NCBI GenBank assembly: GCA_963780755.1 | Contig: CAWACX010000001.1 | Location: forward strand, 174,105-238,104 | Length of the DNA: 64,000 nt | Source: an uncultured Acidobacteriota bacterium | GTDB lineage: Bacteria > Actinomycetota > Acidimicrobiia > Spongiisociales > ZC4RG35 | Reading direction: 5' to 3' | Shown: positions 32,468 through 42,901 of the stretch, in pieces | Numbering within the stretch: position 1 is the stretch's first letter | How the letters are laid out: the number at the start of each line of letters is the position of its first letter | Program-made: the position numbers and the translations under genes | Notes under the pieces: generated by a model | The model's database searches: none | What the model saw: only the letters and a program-made list of their open reading frames with translations | Told to the model about the DNA's origin: nothing

Positions 32468-33146
32468 TCACTGCGACCTCCGTAGGTATCCGCCCGGATT
32501 CCATGTCAACAGGAGCTTTTGCCGCGACAGGTCAGGCGAGAATTCGGGCCGCTCACGTGTGAATTGGGCGACAGCCTCGGCTGGTCCGGGGCCGAAGTCC
32601 GCGTAGACGGGGTGCCCGTTGATGTTGGTGTCCTCGACAATGAGGTAGGACTCAGGCGAGACCACATCGGCCCAGAGCCTCAATTCGGCCAGAACGTGGT
32701 CCTTCGTGTGATCGGAGTCGAGGATGACCATCGCGGTGGCATCGTCGGGAACATCGGCCAGCACGCGGTCCCGCACTTCTGCGTCCGCAGACGACCCGAT
32801 CACTTTCGTGAGCCGTCGGTGAGAGACATCCTCGGCTCGATCGGTGATGTCGATAGTGACCACGTCGGCCTATGCCGATGAACTCACAAATATCCGCCAG
32901 GTAGAGGGCACTCCCCCCGTATGCAGTCCCTGTCTCGATGATCAAGTCGGGCCGCACCTCGTGGATGATCTCTTGATATATCCAAAGGTCAAGAGGGCAC
33001 TTCCATGTCGTAACTCCGCGGTACGTCAGCCGCCTCCAGGTCGAGTCGTCTGTGTAGTAGAGCCTGTGGAACTGATCGATCACCGCAGCCCGAAGTTGCG
33101 GGGGTATGTCGACCTCTCCTGTCGGCGAGTAAGGGAGCCCAGACAG
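32468..33146 (-). CDS. CmcI-family (cephalosporin hydroxylase-like / rhamnosyl O-) methyltransferase, frameshift at about 32870; start uncertain
   Basis: GVTTWKCPLDLWIYQEII, IIETGTAYGGSA, ILDSDHTKDHV, YLIVEDT, TWNPGGYLR. Confidence 0.87.
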
Positions 33147-33163
33147 AGTCCGGGTCGCCGTCC

Positions 33164-34774
33164 TTACACGGCGGTCGTTGAGCCAACCCGTGTCACACCT
33201 CCGCTTCGCTGGGCAGCGCCCGAAGTCCTGCAAAGAAACGGTCTGCGTCTGTCGAAACCGCGGTGCCGAGACGCTGGTCCATGTCGGCATCTATGGCACG
33301 GTTGCGGGTCACCCACTGGACGAGGGGCAGTTCCGACATGAGGTGTTCGGGCATCGTTGCGATCGCCTCGTATCCGATCGCACCACTGTCGATCAGCCGT
33401 TGCAGTGAGGCGGCCAGGGCCGTTCCGAAGTACCGGGATCGACAGGGCAAGGCCGCCCTGCATGAACTCCTCTTCAGGTCGGCTCAACGCCTCGGCGTTC
33501 TTCTCGGCCTGGGTGGGGGTGCGGTGGATCACGACCTGTGTATTCCGATAGAGAACGGGCTGGTCGGCGAACGATTCGATTAGCACACAGGTGCGGGCAT
33601 ACATCGAGAGGTCGAGATATGGGGTGGGATCGACAGCCACGAACGCTGTCCGTCTGAGCACGATCGGACCGGCAAAGCCAAAGGTCGACAACAGCCCTTG
33701 CCTGCTCGCGGCCTCCACGAGGGTAGAGAACAAATGGTGCCCTTCAGGGGGAAGGTCGATCGGGATCGATCCCGCGACCTCTGGGCTTGGCGACCCGTCG
33801 AGTCGCATGCGTCGCTTGGAGTACAGGAGTACTGGCGCGCGGGCGGCACGGACATCATCAAGGACCGTCTCCAAGGATCCGGAGATCAGACAGTCGTCAT
33901 TGCCGACCAGCCACATGTATTCGCCGCGGCAGGGCTCACTTGCAGCCAACACATTTCGTTCCAACCCGATGTTGGATGGCTGGACCCGGAGGGAGGCGAA
34001 CCGATGTTTTTCGACGAAAGTCAATGCCACCTCCACGGTTTCTGGGTCGGGCGAGGCATCGTCGGTGATGCAGAGTTCGACCATGCCCGACGGGCATGCC
34101 GCGACTTCGCCGGCGATGCTTTTCAGTAGTTCGGAGAGAGCATCGGGCCGGTTATACGAGGGAATCGCGATGCTCAGCAGCGGAGAGTCGACCTGGTTGT
34201 GCGCGGCCGCACGGAGGCGGGGGCTGGCTAGCAGGGCCTGGCGACCCTGGTGGGCAAGCTTGTCAGTCATCGCCCGAGTCGCAGTTAGGCCGATCCGTGT
34301 CACCTCGTGTGCGCCGGCAAGGGCTTCGAGCCGGGAGTGCATGTCACCCATGGCCGCGGACTGGGAGGCGGTGTCGGTTGTGTGGGAGCGCTCGACGCCG
34401 CGCACCCGCTCGACCAACCGCTCCTCTAGTGACGCGGCCTCAGAGCGGAGACGCTCGAGGGCCTGTTCTTGGTGGACGTCGACCTCCTGCAACCTTTCGT
34501 CCACGGCCCGCAGTCCCTCTATTTCCATCAAGGCTTTGGCAGTCACGCGGTCGGTATGACGTGAGGCTCGACCAATCGTCAGCGTGGTAGATCGCAACTC
34601 CAGAAAGGCCTTGGCCAGCAACAAGTTTCCCAGTCCGACCAATGCCACACCGACGACGCCTAGCGAGGAGCTTTCGCTCGCGATTGCAATTGCGATGAGG
34701 GCCCATCCCACGACCATCCCGGCCAGCAAAGAGATCCGCAACCAGCGGTTGGCGACTACCCGGTCCGCTCTCAT
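33164..34774 (-). CDS. GT2 glycosyltransferase with two N-terminal TM helices and a predicted coiled coil
   Basis: TM helices, then a heptad-like stretch (LMEIEGLRAVDERLQEVDVHQEQALERLRSEAASLEERL), then LSIAIPSYNR, ITDDAS, NIGLERN, VGNDD. Confidence 0.82.
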   Translation of the reverse strand: MRADRVVANRWLRISLLAGMVVGWALIAIAIASESSSLGVVGVALVGLGNLLLAKAFLELRSTTLTIGRASRHTDRVTAKALMEIEGLRAVDERLQEVDVHQEQALERLRSEAASLEERLVERVRGVERSHTTDTASQSAAMGDMHSRLEALAGAHEVTRIGLTATRAMTDKLAHQGRQALLASPRLRAAAHNQVDSPLLSIAIPSYNRPDALSELLKSIAGEVAACPSGMVELCITDDASPDPETVEVALTFVEKHRFASLRVQPSNIGLERNVLAASEPCRGEYMWLVGNDDCLISGSLETVLDDVRAARAPVLLYSKRRMRLDGSPSPEVAGSIPIDLPPEGHHLFSTLVEAASRQGLLSTFGFAGPIVLRRTAFVAVDPTPYLDLSMYARTCVLIESFADQPVLYRNTQVVIHRTPTQAEKNAEALSRPEEEFMQGGLALSIPVLRNGPGRLTATADRQWCDRIRGDRNDARTPHVGTAPRPVGDPQPCHRCRHGPASRHRGFDRRRPFLCRTSGAAQRSGGVTRVGSTTAV

Positions 34775-36021
34775 GTCTGCCGCCTACGATCCAATATGCC
34801 GAGCAGGGCCTGAGCCGAGCGCTGCTCGCTGGGGTTCACCGGATCGATTGACACGTGGTGGGCGAAAAAGCTCTCGGTGCGAGACCTCGTGTAGCCCCCA
34901 TTGTCGAGGGCTCGGACCGCATGGGCTAGCTCATCTCTCGACCTGGAAGTCTCGAACGCGCCCATCGGCTCGGTGAAGGTCCGCACCTCTTCCCCATGTG
35001 GGTTGTGATAGATGAAGGGCACCCCTCGCGCCATGGCTTCGAACGGCATGGTGCTGAACCGGCTGATCAGGACAGTGGAATGGGGGAGGAGCCGTGAAGC
35101 CGAGATGGAGGTGACTCGACTCGACTTGATCCGCGACTTCTCAGCGGGGTGTGTGGAGATCACATAGGGGATCCCGGCCTGCTCGCACCCCGAGATGGCA
35201 GTTTCCAGCCAAAGTCTGCGGTCCTCGGTCCGCACGCCGTAGACGAAATTGAGGTTGATCACCGCCAACGACTCGGCAGGAGCGACCGGGGGAGCCCACC
35301 AGAGGCGTTCCAGCCGAGTGCTACCAACGATCGTGGTCTCTCGATCGCCCAGGGCATCGGCGTCGAATTGGCCCTGACACAACACCAGATCGATGTTCCG
35401 GTACGGCCGGCGCTCTTGCGGAGTGTCGGCATCCCAGAAGTCCTGAGCCCCCTCGACCTTTCCGACGACAGGGATCCCCAACTGGCGACAGCGCTCGACG
35501 AAGGGACCGAGACTGCCGGTGTCCTTCATCACGAACACCGCCGACACATGACCCGTGAGTTCGTCCGGTTCGGGGAGGGCGTGGACCTCGAGGCCTGGAT
35601 AGCTGGAGAGCGCCTGCCAGGTCCGGGACCAAGGGGAGGGACCGATTGCGATCCTGGCTGGGATGCCCATCCGCTCCAGCTCGGAAGCCAGGGGCACCAC
35701 CTCGGCCAGGTGGTAGTCGGCCGCGGGGACCAACAGGACCGACTTGGTCGGGTGAGGTACCCAGGGGAGAGTCGTCGGGTTCCAGGGGCGACGGGTCTCA
35801 TCTGCAACCACCAGGTCCAGGATCCCGGGCCCGATGTCCGGCTCTCCGCCACCTCGATCGGGCCGGGCTCGGAGCAAGAACACCGCACCGAGAAAGACGA
35901 TCACCGCCACCAGCACCGCTCGCAGGAGCGGATCGAGATCGTCCCAAACCCACGCCAAGACCCCCGCTCCGGCGGCAACGAGAGCGGCAGTCAAGATGCG
36001 GGTTCTGGTCGGTGATGCCAT
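34771..36021 (-). CDS. Membrane-anchored GT-B-like transferase (KpsS/capsule-synthesis-like)
   Basis: Two N-terminal TM helices; VEG and HP motifs (GKVEGAQD, ISTHPAEK); C-terminal ISRFSTMPFEAMARGVP. Confidence 0.6.
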   Translation of the reverse strand: MASPTRTRILTAALVAAGAGVLAWVWDDLDPLLRAVLVAVIVFLGAVFLLRARPDRGGGEPDIGPGILDLVVADETRRPWNPTTLPWVPHPTKSVLLVPAADYHLAEVVPLASELERMGIPARIAIGPSPWSRTWQALSSYPGLEVHALPEPDELTGHVSAVFVMKDTGSLGPFVERCRQLGIPVVGKVEGAQDFWDADTPQERRPYRNIDLVLCQGQFDADALGDRETTIVGSTRLERLWWAPPVAPAESLAVINLNFVYGVRTEDRRLWLETAISGCEQAGIPYVISTHPAEKSRIKSSRVTSISASRLLPHSTVLISRFSTMPFEAMARGVPFIYHNPHGEEVRTFTEPMGAFETSRSRDELAHAVRALDNGGYTRSRTESFFAHHVSIDPVNPSEQRSAQALLGILDRRRQT

Positions 36022-36123
36022 GGTGAGGGGCGAAACGGTACCTGTGCCTCGGTGGCGCGGTCAGGTTTAGAAGTTCAAGTGCCCGGGGTAGGGGGCCGAT
36101 ACGGATGGTCTGTTGCTGAGTCA

Positions 36124-37218
36124 ATGCAAGCGGGAGAGTCAGTGCGAAGGGTGACCGCGCTGTTGGCGACGCTGTTCGTCGTCGTTGGCTTTGCTCTGCC
36201 CGCAGCGGCAGCTTTCGACCCGCTGCAGATCGACTTTCCGCTCGATGGGCCGCATCGCATCACTGACAGCTTCGGTGATTGCCGGGGCGCCAATTGCGCC
36301 CGAGCCCACGAAGGTGTCGACATCATGTCCACCGGGGGGAAGGGGATACCTGTAGTCGCTGCTGCCGACGGGGTGGTGGATTGGGTACCGACCCAGTGTT
36401 GCGGTCTCGGCATCGATCATGGTGACGGCTGGCAGACCCGCTATATCCACCTCAACAACGACACCCAGGCCGCCAACGGGTCGTATACCGACGATGGCAA
36501 GGGCTGGGGTATCGCCCCCGGGATCGTCGACGGCACCGTGGTGACCAAAGGCCAGCTCATTGGTTGGTCCGGCGACTCGGGCAATGCCGAGAGCACCTCA
36601 CCACACCTCCACTTCGAGATCCGGAGGAACGGGACTGCCATCGACCCCTATCCCTACCTGCTCAAGGCTGCCGGTGCTTGGCAGGGATATTTCATCGATG
36701 ATGACGGGTCGGTCCACCAGAACAACATCGACAAGATCTACGTCGCCAAGATCACATTGGGATGCAATCCACCGCTGAACACGATGTTCTGCCCGCAGCG
36801 GAACATCACCAGGGGGGAGATGGCTGCGTTCATTGCAAGGGCCCTGCATCTGACAGAAATGAGTGGCGTTCCGGCCTACAACGACGTCGACGGTCACCTC
36901 TTCGAAATTGCGATCGACAAGATCCAGACTGCCGGGATCGGCTTCGGCTGCGACGCAGACAGCTTCTGTCCCGATCGACCGCTCGAGCGCGACGAGATGG
37001 CGGAGCTATTGGTTCGAGCCTTCGGCTACCAGAACGAAGCCGGGACCAACTTCTTCACCGATGACGAAGGCAACCCGTTCGAGGAGTCGATCAACAAGCT
37101 GGCGAGTGCCGGGATCACCGTTGGCTGCAACCCCCCGACCAACGACCAGTTCTGCCCCGACCGCAACCTGTCACGCGGAGAGATGGCGACGTTCTTCGTG
37201 AGGTCGCTCGGTCTCTAG
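36124..37218 (+). CDS. Secreted M23 peptidase with three SLH-like modules
   Basis: Signal peptide, HEGVDI, YIHL, PHLHFEI, then NITRGEMAAF, LERDEMAEL, LSRGEMATF. Confidence 0.9.
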   Translation: MQAGESVRRVTALLATLFVVVGFALPAAAAFDPLQIDFPLDGPHRITDSFGDCRGANCARAHEGVDIMSTGGKGIPVVAAADGVVDWVPTQCCGLGIDHGDGWQTRYIHLNNDTQAANGSYTDDGKGWGIAPGIVDGTVVTKGQLIGWSGDSGNAESTSPHLHFEIRRNGTAIDPYPYLLKAAGAWQGYFIDDDGSVHQNNIDKIYVAKITLGCNPPLNTMFCPQRNITRGEMAAFIARALHLTEMSGVPAYNDVDGHLFEIAIDKIQTAGIGFGCDADSFCPDRPLERDEMAELLVRAFGYQNEAGTNFFTDDEGNPFEESINKLASAGITVGCNPPTNDQFCPDRNLSRGEMATFFVRSLGL

Positions 37219-38634
37219 TCGACCACGTCGTAATACTCGGAGACCACTTCCAGGCGGCGCTTCCGATATTCCTCGCTCGAGTCGGGGAGCAGATGCTCGA
37301 AGGGGGCGCCCAGGTCGAGATCAGACCGGCTCAACTCGGTGGTGATCGCCAGCGGCAATGGGCCTCCGCCAATTGGAGTCTCAGGGACGTCGACCAATCG
37401 CACCTCGGTTCTCTTCCCTCTCGCCGCCGGCTCCCTTCCCAGCATCCGCTTCAGCGAGTCGGTGCGCTCCTCACCGATGGCGACCTTGACCGAGTCTTTC
37501 GCCCTTTGCACCGTGTCTGCGATCGCCACCGACGGTTTGCGCCGGCGGGTATCGAAGCCCGTAGCCAATGCGACCACGGTGGATGCCGTCTGTTCTGCGC
37601 CGACAACCTCCGAACGGGTGGCGGCTGCGGCTGCGGCGAGCTCGGCGCGTTTCCCGGGTACTAAGAGCTGCTGCAGAGCCGTGACAACAGCCTCCGGCTG
37701 GTCGTCCGCGGCGTTCACCCCGATCCCGAGCTCGGTGAGTCTGCGGGCCCTCGCGACCTGGTCGTCGGTTCGGGTGGATGTGTTGGCGACGAACAACGAA
37801 GGCACCCCTGATGGCACGAGCTCGTGAACGGCGTTGTACCCGGCGGAGCTGACCGCCAAGTCGAATGCCGACAGGTAGGCCACCAGCGGATAGATCCCTT
37901 CGAGGTGGGTGATCCGGTCGGCGGTTGCGAAATCGAGGCGGTTCCGAGCAACGGCCGGCGAGGTCACGGCGAGGTGGAAGTCGGTATTCGACAACAGGGT
38001 TTCGATTGCCACCGATCCCGGGCCGGCCACGTCACCGAGCATCCCGGATCCCAGGGTTATCAAGGCGATCTCGGCGTCGAGGGGGAGACCGAGTGCCGCG
38101 CGGGCGTCGGCACACGGCAGAGGGTCGAGGACCTCGATCAGGCTCACCGGCGCCACACGCTCGACATTGCGGGCGCCTGCAGTGGGACCACGGTCCATAC
38201 CGGCGAGGTCCCCGGGCTCGATCACGAGGTCAAAATGGCCGGCTCGGCGCAACTGGCCGGTGTTGGTCCCCTCCTGCCACATCCCCCGCCGCAGCCAGGA
38301 AAAGGCGACGTCACGAAGCCGCGGCCGATGCCATCGCGATTCCCGGATAGACCGCGACGCCGTCGAACAGGACCACCTCGGCTCCGATCTCCTCGACGAT
38401 TGCGATGAGGCGGTCGCGCAAGTAGCCGTGCCATTCCCGGCCGGCGATCCATGGCTTGTCATAACTGGGGGCGTATTCGCCTCGTAATCCGAGGCCCAGC
38501 GCAAGCGGCAGCCCGACCGAGAGCGAGAAGAGTGTCGGATGATCCTCGCTTCCCAGTGAGAGCCCGATGGCGGCCTGTCGGGTGAGGTGGCCCATGCCGG
38601 TCCCGTTGCTGGTGACGAGGAGGACGCTGGTCAT
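37215..38634 (-). CDS. GT-B glycosyltransferase (GT28/MurG-like), frameshift at about 38330
   Basis: LVTSNGTGMGHLTR, LITLGSG, AVSSAGYNAVHE. Confidence 0.78.
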
Positions 38635-41123
38635 GCCTTGAGTGCGGCCCCAAGGAGATCGCTGGCGTTGGCGAGACGCTCCCGGTAGAGCGACACCGAG
38701 CTCACCATCTCTGGTGGGGCCGCATCGCCCATGGCATCGGCCAGGTCCAGCACTTTCGCCGAGCTGAGCTCGTCCGAACGGACCACGAAGTCTCCCATCT
38801 CGACCGAGAAGGCGAAGTCGCGGACCTTGGGCCGGTACTCGATGGCGATGAAGGGCCGGCCGGCAGCGGCAGCCAGGACGCAGGCGTGGAGCCTCTCACC
38901 GACCACGAGGGAAGCCCCCGCAAGCAGGTCGAGGCTCTCTTGGACGTCCGTGTACCCGGCGTGGTAGCCAACGGGGACCTCGCCGAGCATCTCCTTGATC
39001 TGGAGGATCGGGCGATCGTCGCTGGGATGACACGACATCAGCGTCACCTCACGTCCCAGGTCACGCCATGCCTGTATCGCTCCCGCCAGCTCGCGAAAGA
39101 CGTCGAGGTCCGAGCCACCCCACAACTCGCCATTGGTCCACGCGGGGGCCACGACTATTGGCCCGCCGCCGCTTGATACCTCCCGAGACGGCGTTAGCGC
39201 GAGGGCGGAGTCCCCGCAGATCTCCAACTCGCCCTTGTAGCCCCAGTTCTGGAGTGTCTGTGCCGAGTTGGGCCCTCTAACCCCGACGTATGCGCAGGTC
39301 CCCAGCCAGCGGAGCCATTCAGTGGTGTCCTCGGTGAGCCCCCAGAAGCCGGGGCTGGCGACACCGGTCCCAAACACTGCTCGCTCGATTCGTGGCGAGT
39401 CGCGCTCGGTCAGCCAGCGCAGGTACTGGTTGCGATTGATGAGGGTGCCGCCGCCGAGCAGGAGGAGGTCCCTCGCCTCGCCCCGCGCCTCGACGTCGCC
39501 CCACGCCATGAGCTCGCGGACCGCCTCGAGCATTGCATCGTCGCCCAGGTTGTCTTTGCCCACCCAGCCCACATAGCGAACGCCGGGCCGGCGCTCCGCA
39601 TCGGTCCTTGGCCTGGCAGACGGGGGCCGGGCGGGTCGGAATCGAGCCTTTGCGATCTGGAGCCCGGTCCTGAGAGTGGCTCCCGCCCCCATTTGCGTGG
39701 CCTCGTAGAGCTGGCGTGATCGGCTGGTGGCAAACGAGAAACCGTCCGGGCGTTCGGTTGGTTCCGAGCCGGGCAGTGCGATGAGTGGGTGGGAGTGATG
39801 GATCAGGTCCGCTCCATTTCGCACATCGGCGAGCGCCGCTTCGACCTCGACCCCGGAATCGAGCCGGAGAACGAGAGCACGGCGGCGCATTGCCAGCGCC
39901 AGCGGGAGGTCGCGGCCCCACGACGTCTCGAGATATCTCAGGTCCTCTTCTCTGGTGTAGGGGCCTTCCGGGACATCGATCCCGAAGGTGAGAGCCTCAG
40001 CCGTCGGGCGGGCGTCCAGCCGCTTGCGGAGGTTTTGGAGCAGTGTCGGGCCAGGGGCGGCATGTCCGTTGACGAACACCAGATATTCGCCCCGGGATGC
40101 CCGCACTGCTTCCTCCACCACCGGGATGAATGAGATCCTCCGCTCACCATCCGCCGCTCCGGCGAAGGGATCGTGATCGCCGCCGTCGGCGAGCACGACC
40201 ATCTCGAAGTCGGGAAGGCTTTGGCCGCCGAGGGCACGCCACCAGGCGACCGGCGCACCGTCAGGGGTGTCATGGATCAGCACCGAGAACTTCGGTACCT
40301 CCGGTGGCGGCTCCGGCATCCCCTTCCGATAGAAACGCTGGGGCACCAGGCTGGTCAACAAGCCCCGGTTCAGGTTGCGAGCCTGATTCCTCCCTTCGGT
40401 GCCTCCGGCGGTATCGGAGTCGAGTTGGTGGTAGATCCTGGCTTCCGGATCCTCGACGAACTTCGCGCCCGCTTGCCAGAGACGCCATCCGAGCTCGGAG
40501 TCCTCGCTGCCCCACCAGCGGAATCGCTCGTCGAAGCCACCGACGCTCTCGAATAGTGCGCTCGGTAGCGAGACATTGGAGGAGACGAAGGCCCGGTACC
40601 CCTCGTCGGTCGCCTGCAAGCCCGATGTGCGGCGGGTGAGGACAACCCGGAAGTCCTCATGCTCTTCGAACTCGAGGGCAGCGAGGTCGACTGCCCCGGA
40701 AGCGAGATCGCTCGCCTCGAGGCCGGCGGCGCTGAGATGGACGCGTCCACCTATGACGACGCTGTTCGCCCCGTCCCGATGCCATCCCGCATGCCTCGCC
40801 ACGAAGTCAGGCCCGACGATGGCATCGGAGTCGAGGAAGATCACGACATCGGAGGAGACGGACCGCGCTCCCAGGTTGCGAGCGCGGGCGGCTCCGAAGC
40901 CTTCGTGCTCCTGTCGCACATAGCGTCGGTCGAACGGGGGGTTCCATCCCTCGACCAGGGAAGCGATGTCTTCGCTTGAGCCATCGTCGGCCACGACAAC
41001 CGTCAGCAGTTGAGTCGGGTAATCCTGGGCGCTCAACGATCCGAGGGTCCGTTCCAACACCGGCGATCGGTTGAAAGTGGGGATCACCACAGCAACCCGG
41101 ATCCCGGCTCCCTGTTCACTCAT
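38631..41123 (-). CDS. GT2 glycosyltransferase fused to a C-terminal polysaccharide pyruvyltransferase domain
   Basis: GT2 motifs (VVIPTFNR, ADDGSS, GAARARNLG, FLDSD, WGSEDSE), then GKDNLGDDAM, LLGGGTLI, FGTGV, VGVRGPNS, GDSAL, GERLHACV, YRPKV. Single open frame. Confidence 0.88.
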   Translation of the reverse strand: MSEQGAGIRVAVVIPTFNRSPVLERTLGSLSAQDYPTQLLTVVVADDGSSEDIASLVEGWNPPFDRRYVRQEHEGFGAARARNLGARSVSSDVVIFLDSDAIVGPDFVARHAGWHRDGANSVVIGGRVHLSAAGLEASDLASGAVDLAALEFEEHEDFRVVLTRRTSGLQATDEGYRAFVSSNVSLPSALFESVGGFDERFRWWGSEDSELGWRLWQAGAKFVEDPEARIYHQLDSDTAGGTEGRNQARNLNRGLLTSLVPQRFYRKGMPEPPPEVPKFSVLIHDTPDGAPVAWWRALGGQSLPDFEMVVLADGGDHDPFAGAADGERRISFIPVVEEAVRASRGEYLVFVNGHAAPGPTLLQNLRKRLDARPTAEALTFGIDVPEGPYTREEDLRYLETSWGRDLPLALAMRRRALVLRLDSGVEVEAALADVRNGADLIHHSHPLIALPGSEPTERPDGFSFATSRSRQLYEATQMGAGATLRTGLQIAKARFRPARPPSARPRTDAERRPGVRYVGWVGKDNLGDDAMLEAVRELMAWGDVEARGEARDLLLLGGGTLINRNQYLRWLTERDSPRIERAVFGTGVASPGFWGLTEDTTEWLRWLGTCAYVGVRGPNSAQTLQNWGYKGELEICGDSALALTPSREVSSGGGPIVVAPAWTNGELWGGSDLDVFRELAGAIQAWRDLGREVTLMSCHPSDDRPILQIKEMLGEVPVGYHAGYTDVQESLDLLAGASLVVGERLHACVLAAAAGRPFIAIEYRPKVRDFAFSVEMGDFVVRSDELSSAKVLDLADAMGDAAPPEMVSSVSLYRERLANASDLLGAALKA

Positions 41124-42860
41124 GATCTCTCGACCTCGAAAGGCATGATCCGGTAGCTCGGCGCCATGAGGTCGACTCTGGTGATCCCGTCGCGCTCCTC
41201 GACCTTCGCTTGGGGGGCCTCGGAGGCGAGGAATCTGCGGAGCCCGCGGGCCGATCCCTCGATATAGATGTAGCGCCGGGCAGCCAACAGGAAGTCCTCG
41301 AGGCCATCGAGATCCTCGGCCCGGGTCGCCACCGTTTCCATTCGGCCCCGACCGAGGCGTTCCTTGGTCAAGGCGGCTGCATCCCAGACCTCGCGGTCGG
41401 GTAGTTCTTCCACCAGATCAGGCGCGGCCAGGTGGGCGACTCTCTGCACCTCCACATCGTCGTCGATGGCCCTCGCCAGGGTGGATGTTGGGTCGGCTCG
41501 GGAGATGGAGCGCTTCTCGGTCCGGATTGCGATCTCGAACAACTCGTCGACTCGATGGTCGTAAGTGTGAAGCCCCATGGCGCGTTCCAGAGCGGAGTCG
41601 GCGATGTCCTGAAGCGAAGACGGATCCCCGAGGAGTCGATTCACATCGCGAACCACGTCGTCGGTCAACACGGCGTACTGCGACCCTTCGTCGAGGATCA
41701 TCTCCATGCCGGGGAGCCGGTCCGACAACAAGACCGCTCCGGAACCAACCGCTTCGAGCACCCGCATCGTGATCGGATAGTGGCGGGTACCGCCCTCGTT
41801 GATCACGATCCTGGAGTCACCGTACAAAGTCGGCCATCTCCTGCGCCGAAACTGCCTCTTTGAACCCGAGATGGTCAGCGGGCAGCGCGTTGTCCAACTC
41901 GCTCACCAACTGCTGGCGCCGCCCGTAGGGCCCGCCGCCGCGGATCTTGGCCCCAACCATCGCCACGTCGTAGCGGCGTTCGGCAAGCGGGCGCCGTGCG
42001 TCGAGCAACTCGGTGGCCACCCCGAACGGAAAGCGGTGCACTGGGGCCGAAAGCCAATAGGCGAGGTGCCATGAGTGAGCCATCAGCACCGCATCGGCTC
42101 GGTAGCGATCGGCGAGACGGGAATTTGCGTGGAGATGGTGCTCTCCGTGGTGAAACCAGAACAGGACGGGCACTTGGGTATCGCCGGTCACCTTCAACGC
42201 CGGATAGGGGCCTTCGACGAACATCACGAAGTCGGTGTTGGGGTCGACTGCCGAGAGATCGATCCCTTCGGTCTCCACGCGAACGTCGGCACCACTGCGA
42301 GTCAGCCCGGCCTCCAGGTACTTGCCCGGGTTGATCTCGCTCTTGCGGTAACAGAGCACGACCTTGCGGCCTCGAAAGCGCCCGGGCTCAGGGAGGTACG
42401 GTCGTCGCTGGTCTTGGGGAGTGTGAAAGGAGCCAAACCCGGCGACCGGCGCAGCCAACTCCGGTCTCGTCGGCGCCAGGTCGATGAGATCTACTTCCGG
42501 CACCGGATCCATTTTGGGGGTACGGGCAACGGCCCCGCCGGTCTCTTTGGCGGCCTCGACGGCCGCAGCGAGAGCCCGCAGGTCGGTCGGGACATAGATG
42601 TCTGCGCCAGTAGAGGCGGCGGATGCCGCCAGCGCACGGGTCAGCCGCGCTGCCTTCTCGTCGGCCGAAATGCCCCTTCCCTGGATCCGGTCCCATAACC
42701 CGACCCCGTCGACTTTGACGCGGGTCACGCCTGGCAGAACGGGTCCCGCTACGGGAAGGACTGTGTCGACGGTGTGGCCCGCCTTCCCAAGCAGATATCG
42801 GGTGACGCGGGCCCTGGGGTCGGTGAGGGCGTCGTTGGGCGCCACGAGGCAGATATGCAC
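41120..42860 (-). CDS. Glycosyltransferase (GT4-like N-part plus CgeB/Glyco_trans_1_2-like C-part), frameshift at about 41830
   Basis: DPRARVTR N-terminus; YDVAMVG, IVINE, ITMRVLEAVGSGAVLL, HTYDHRV. Confidence 0.75.
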
Positions 42861-42901
42861 GGCGGAATCGTAGGTATCCCCCTGACCTGCGGGCAGTCAG
42901 G

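Noticed and set aside
37215-37218. Convergent genes sharing a CTAG stop overlap
   Set aside because: Common in compact bacterial genomes and carries no specific signal.
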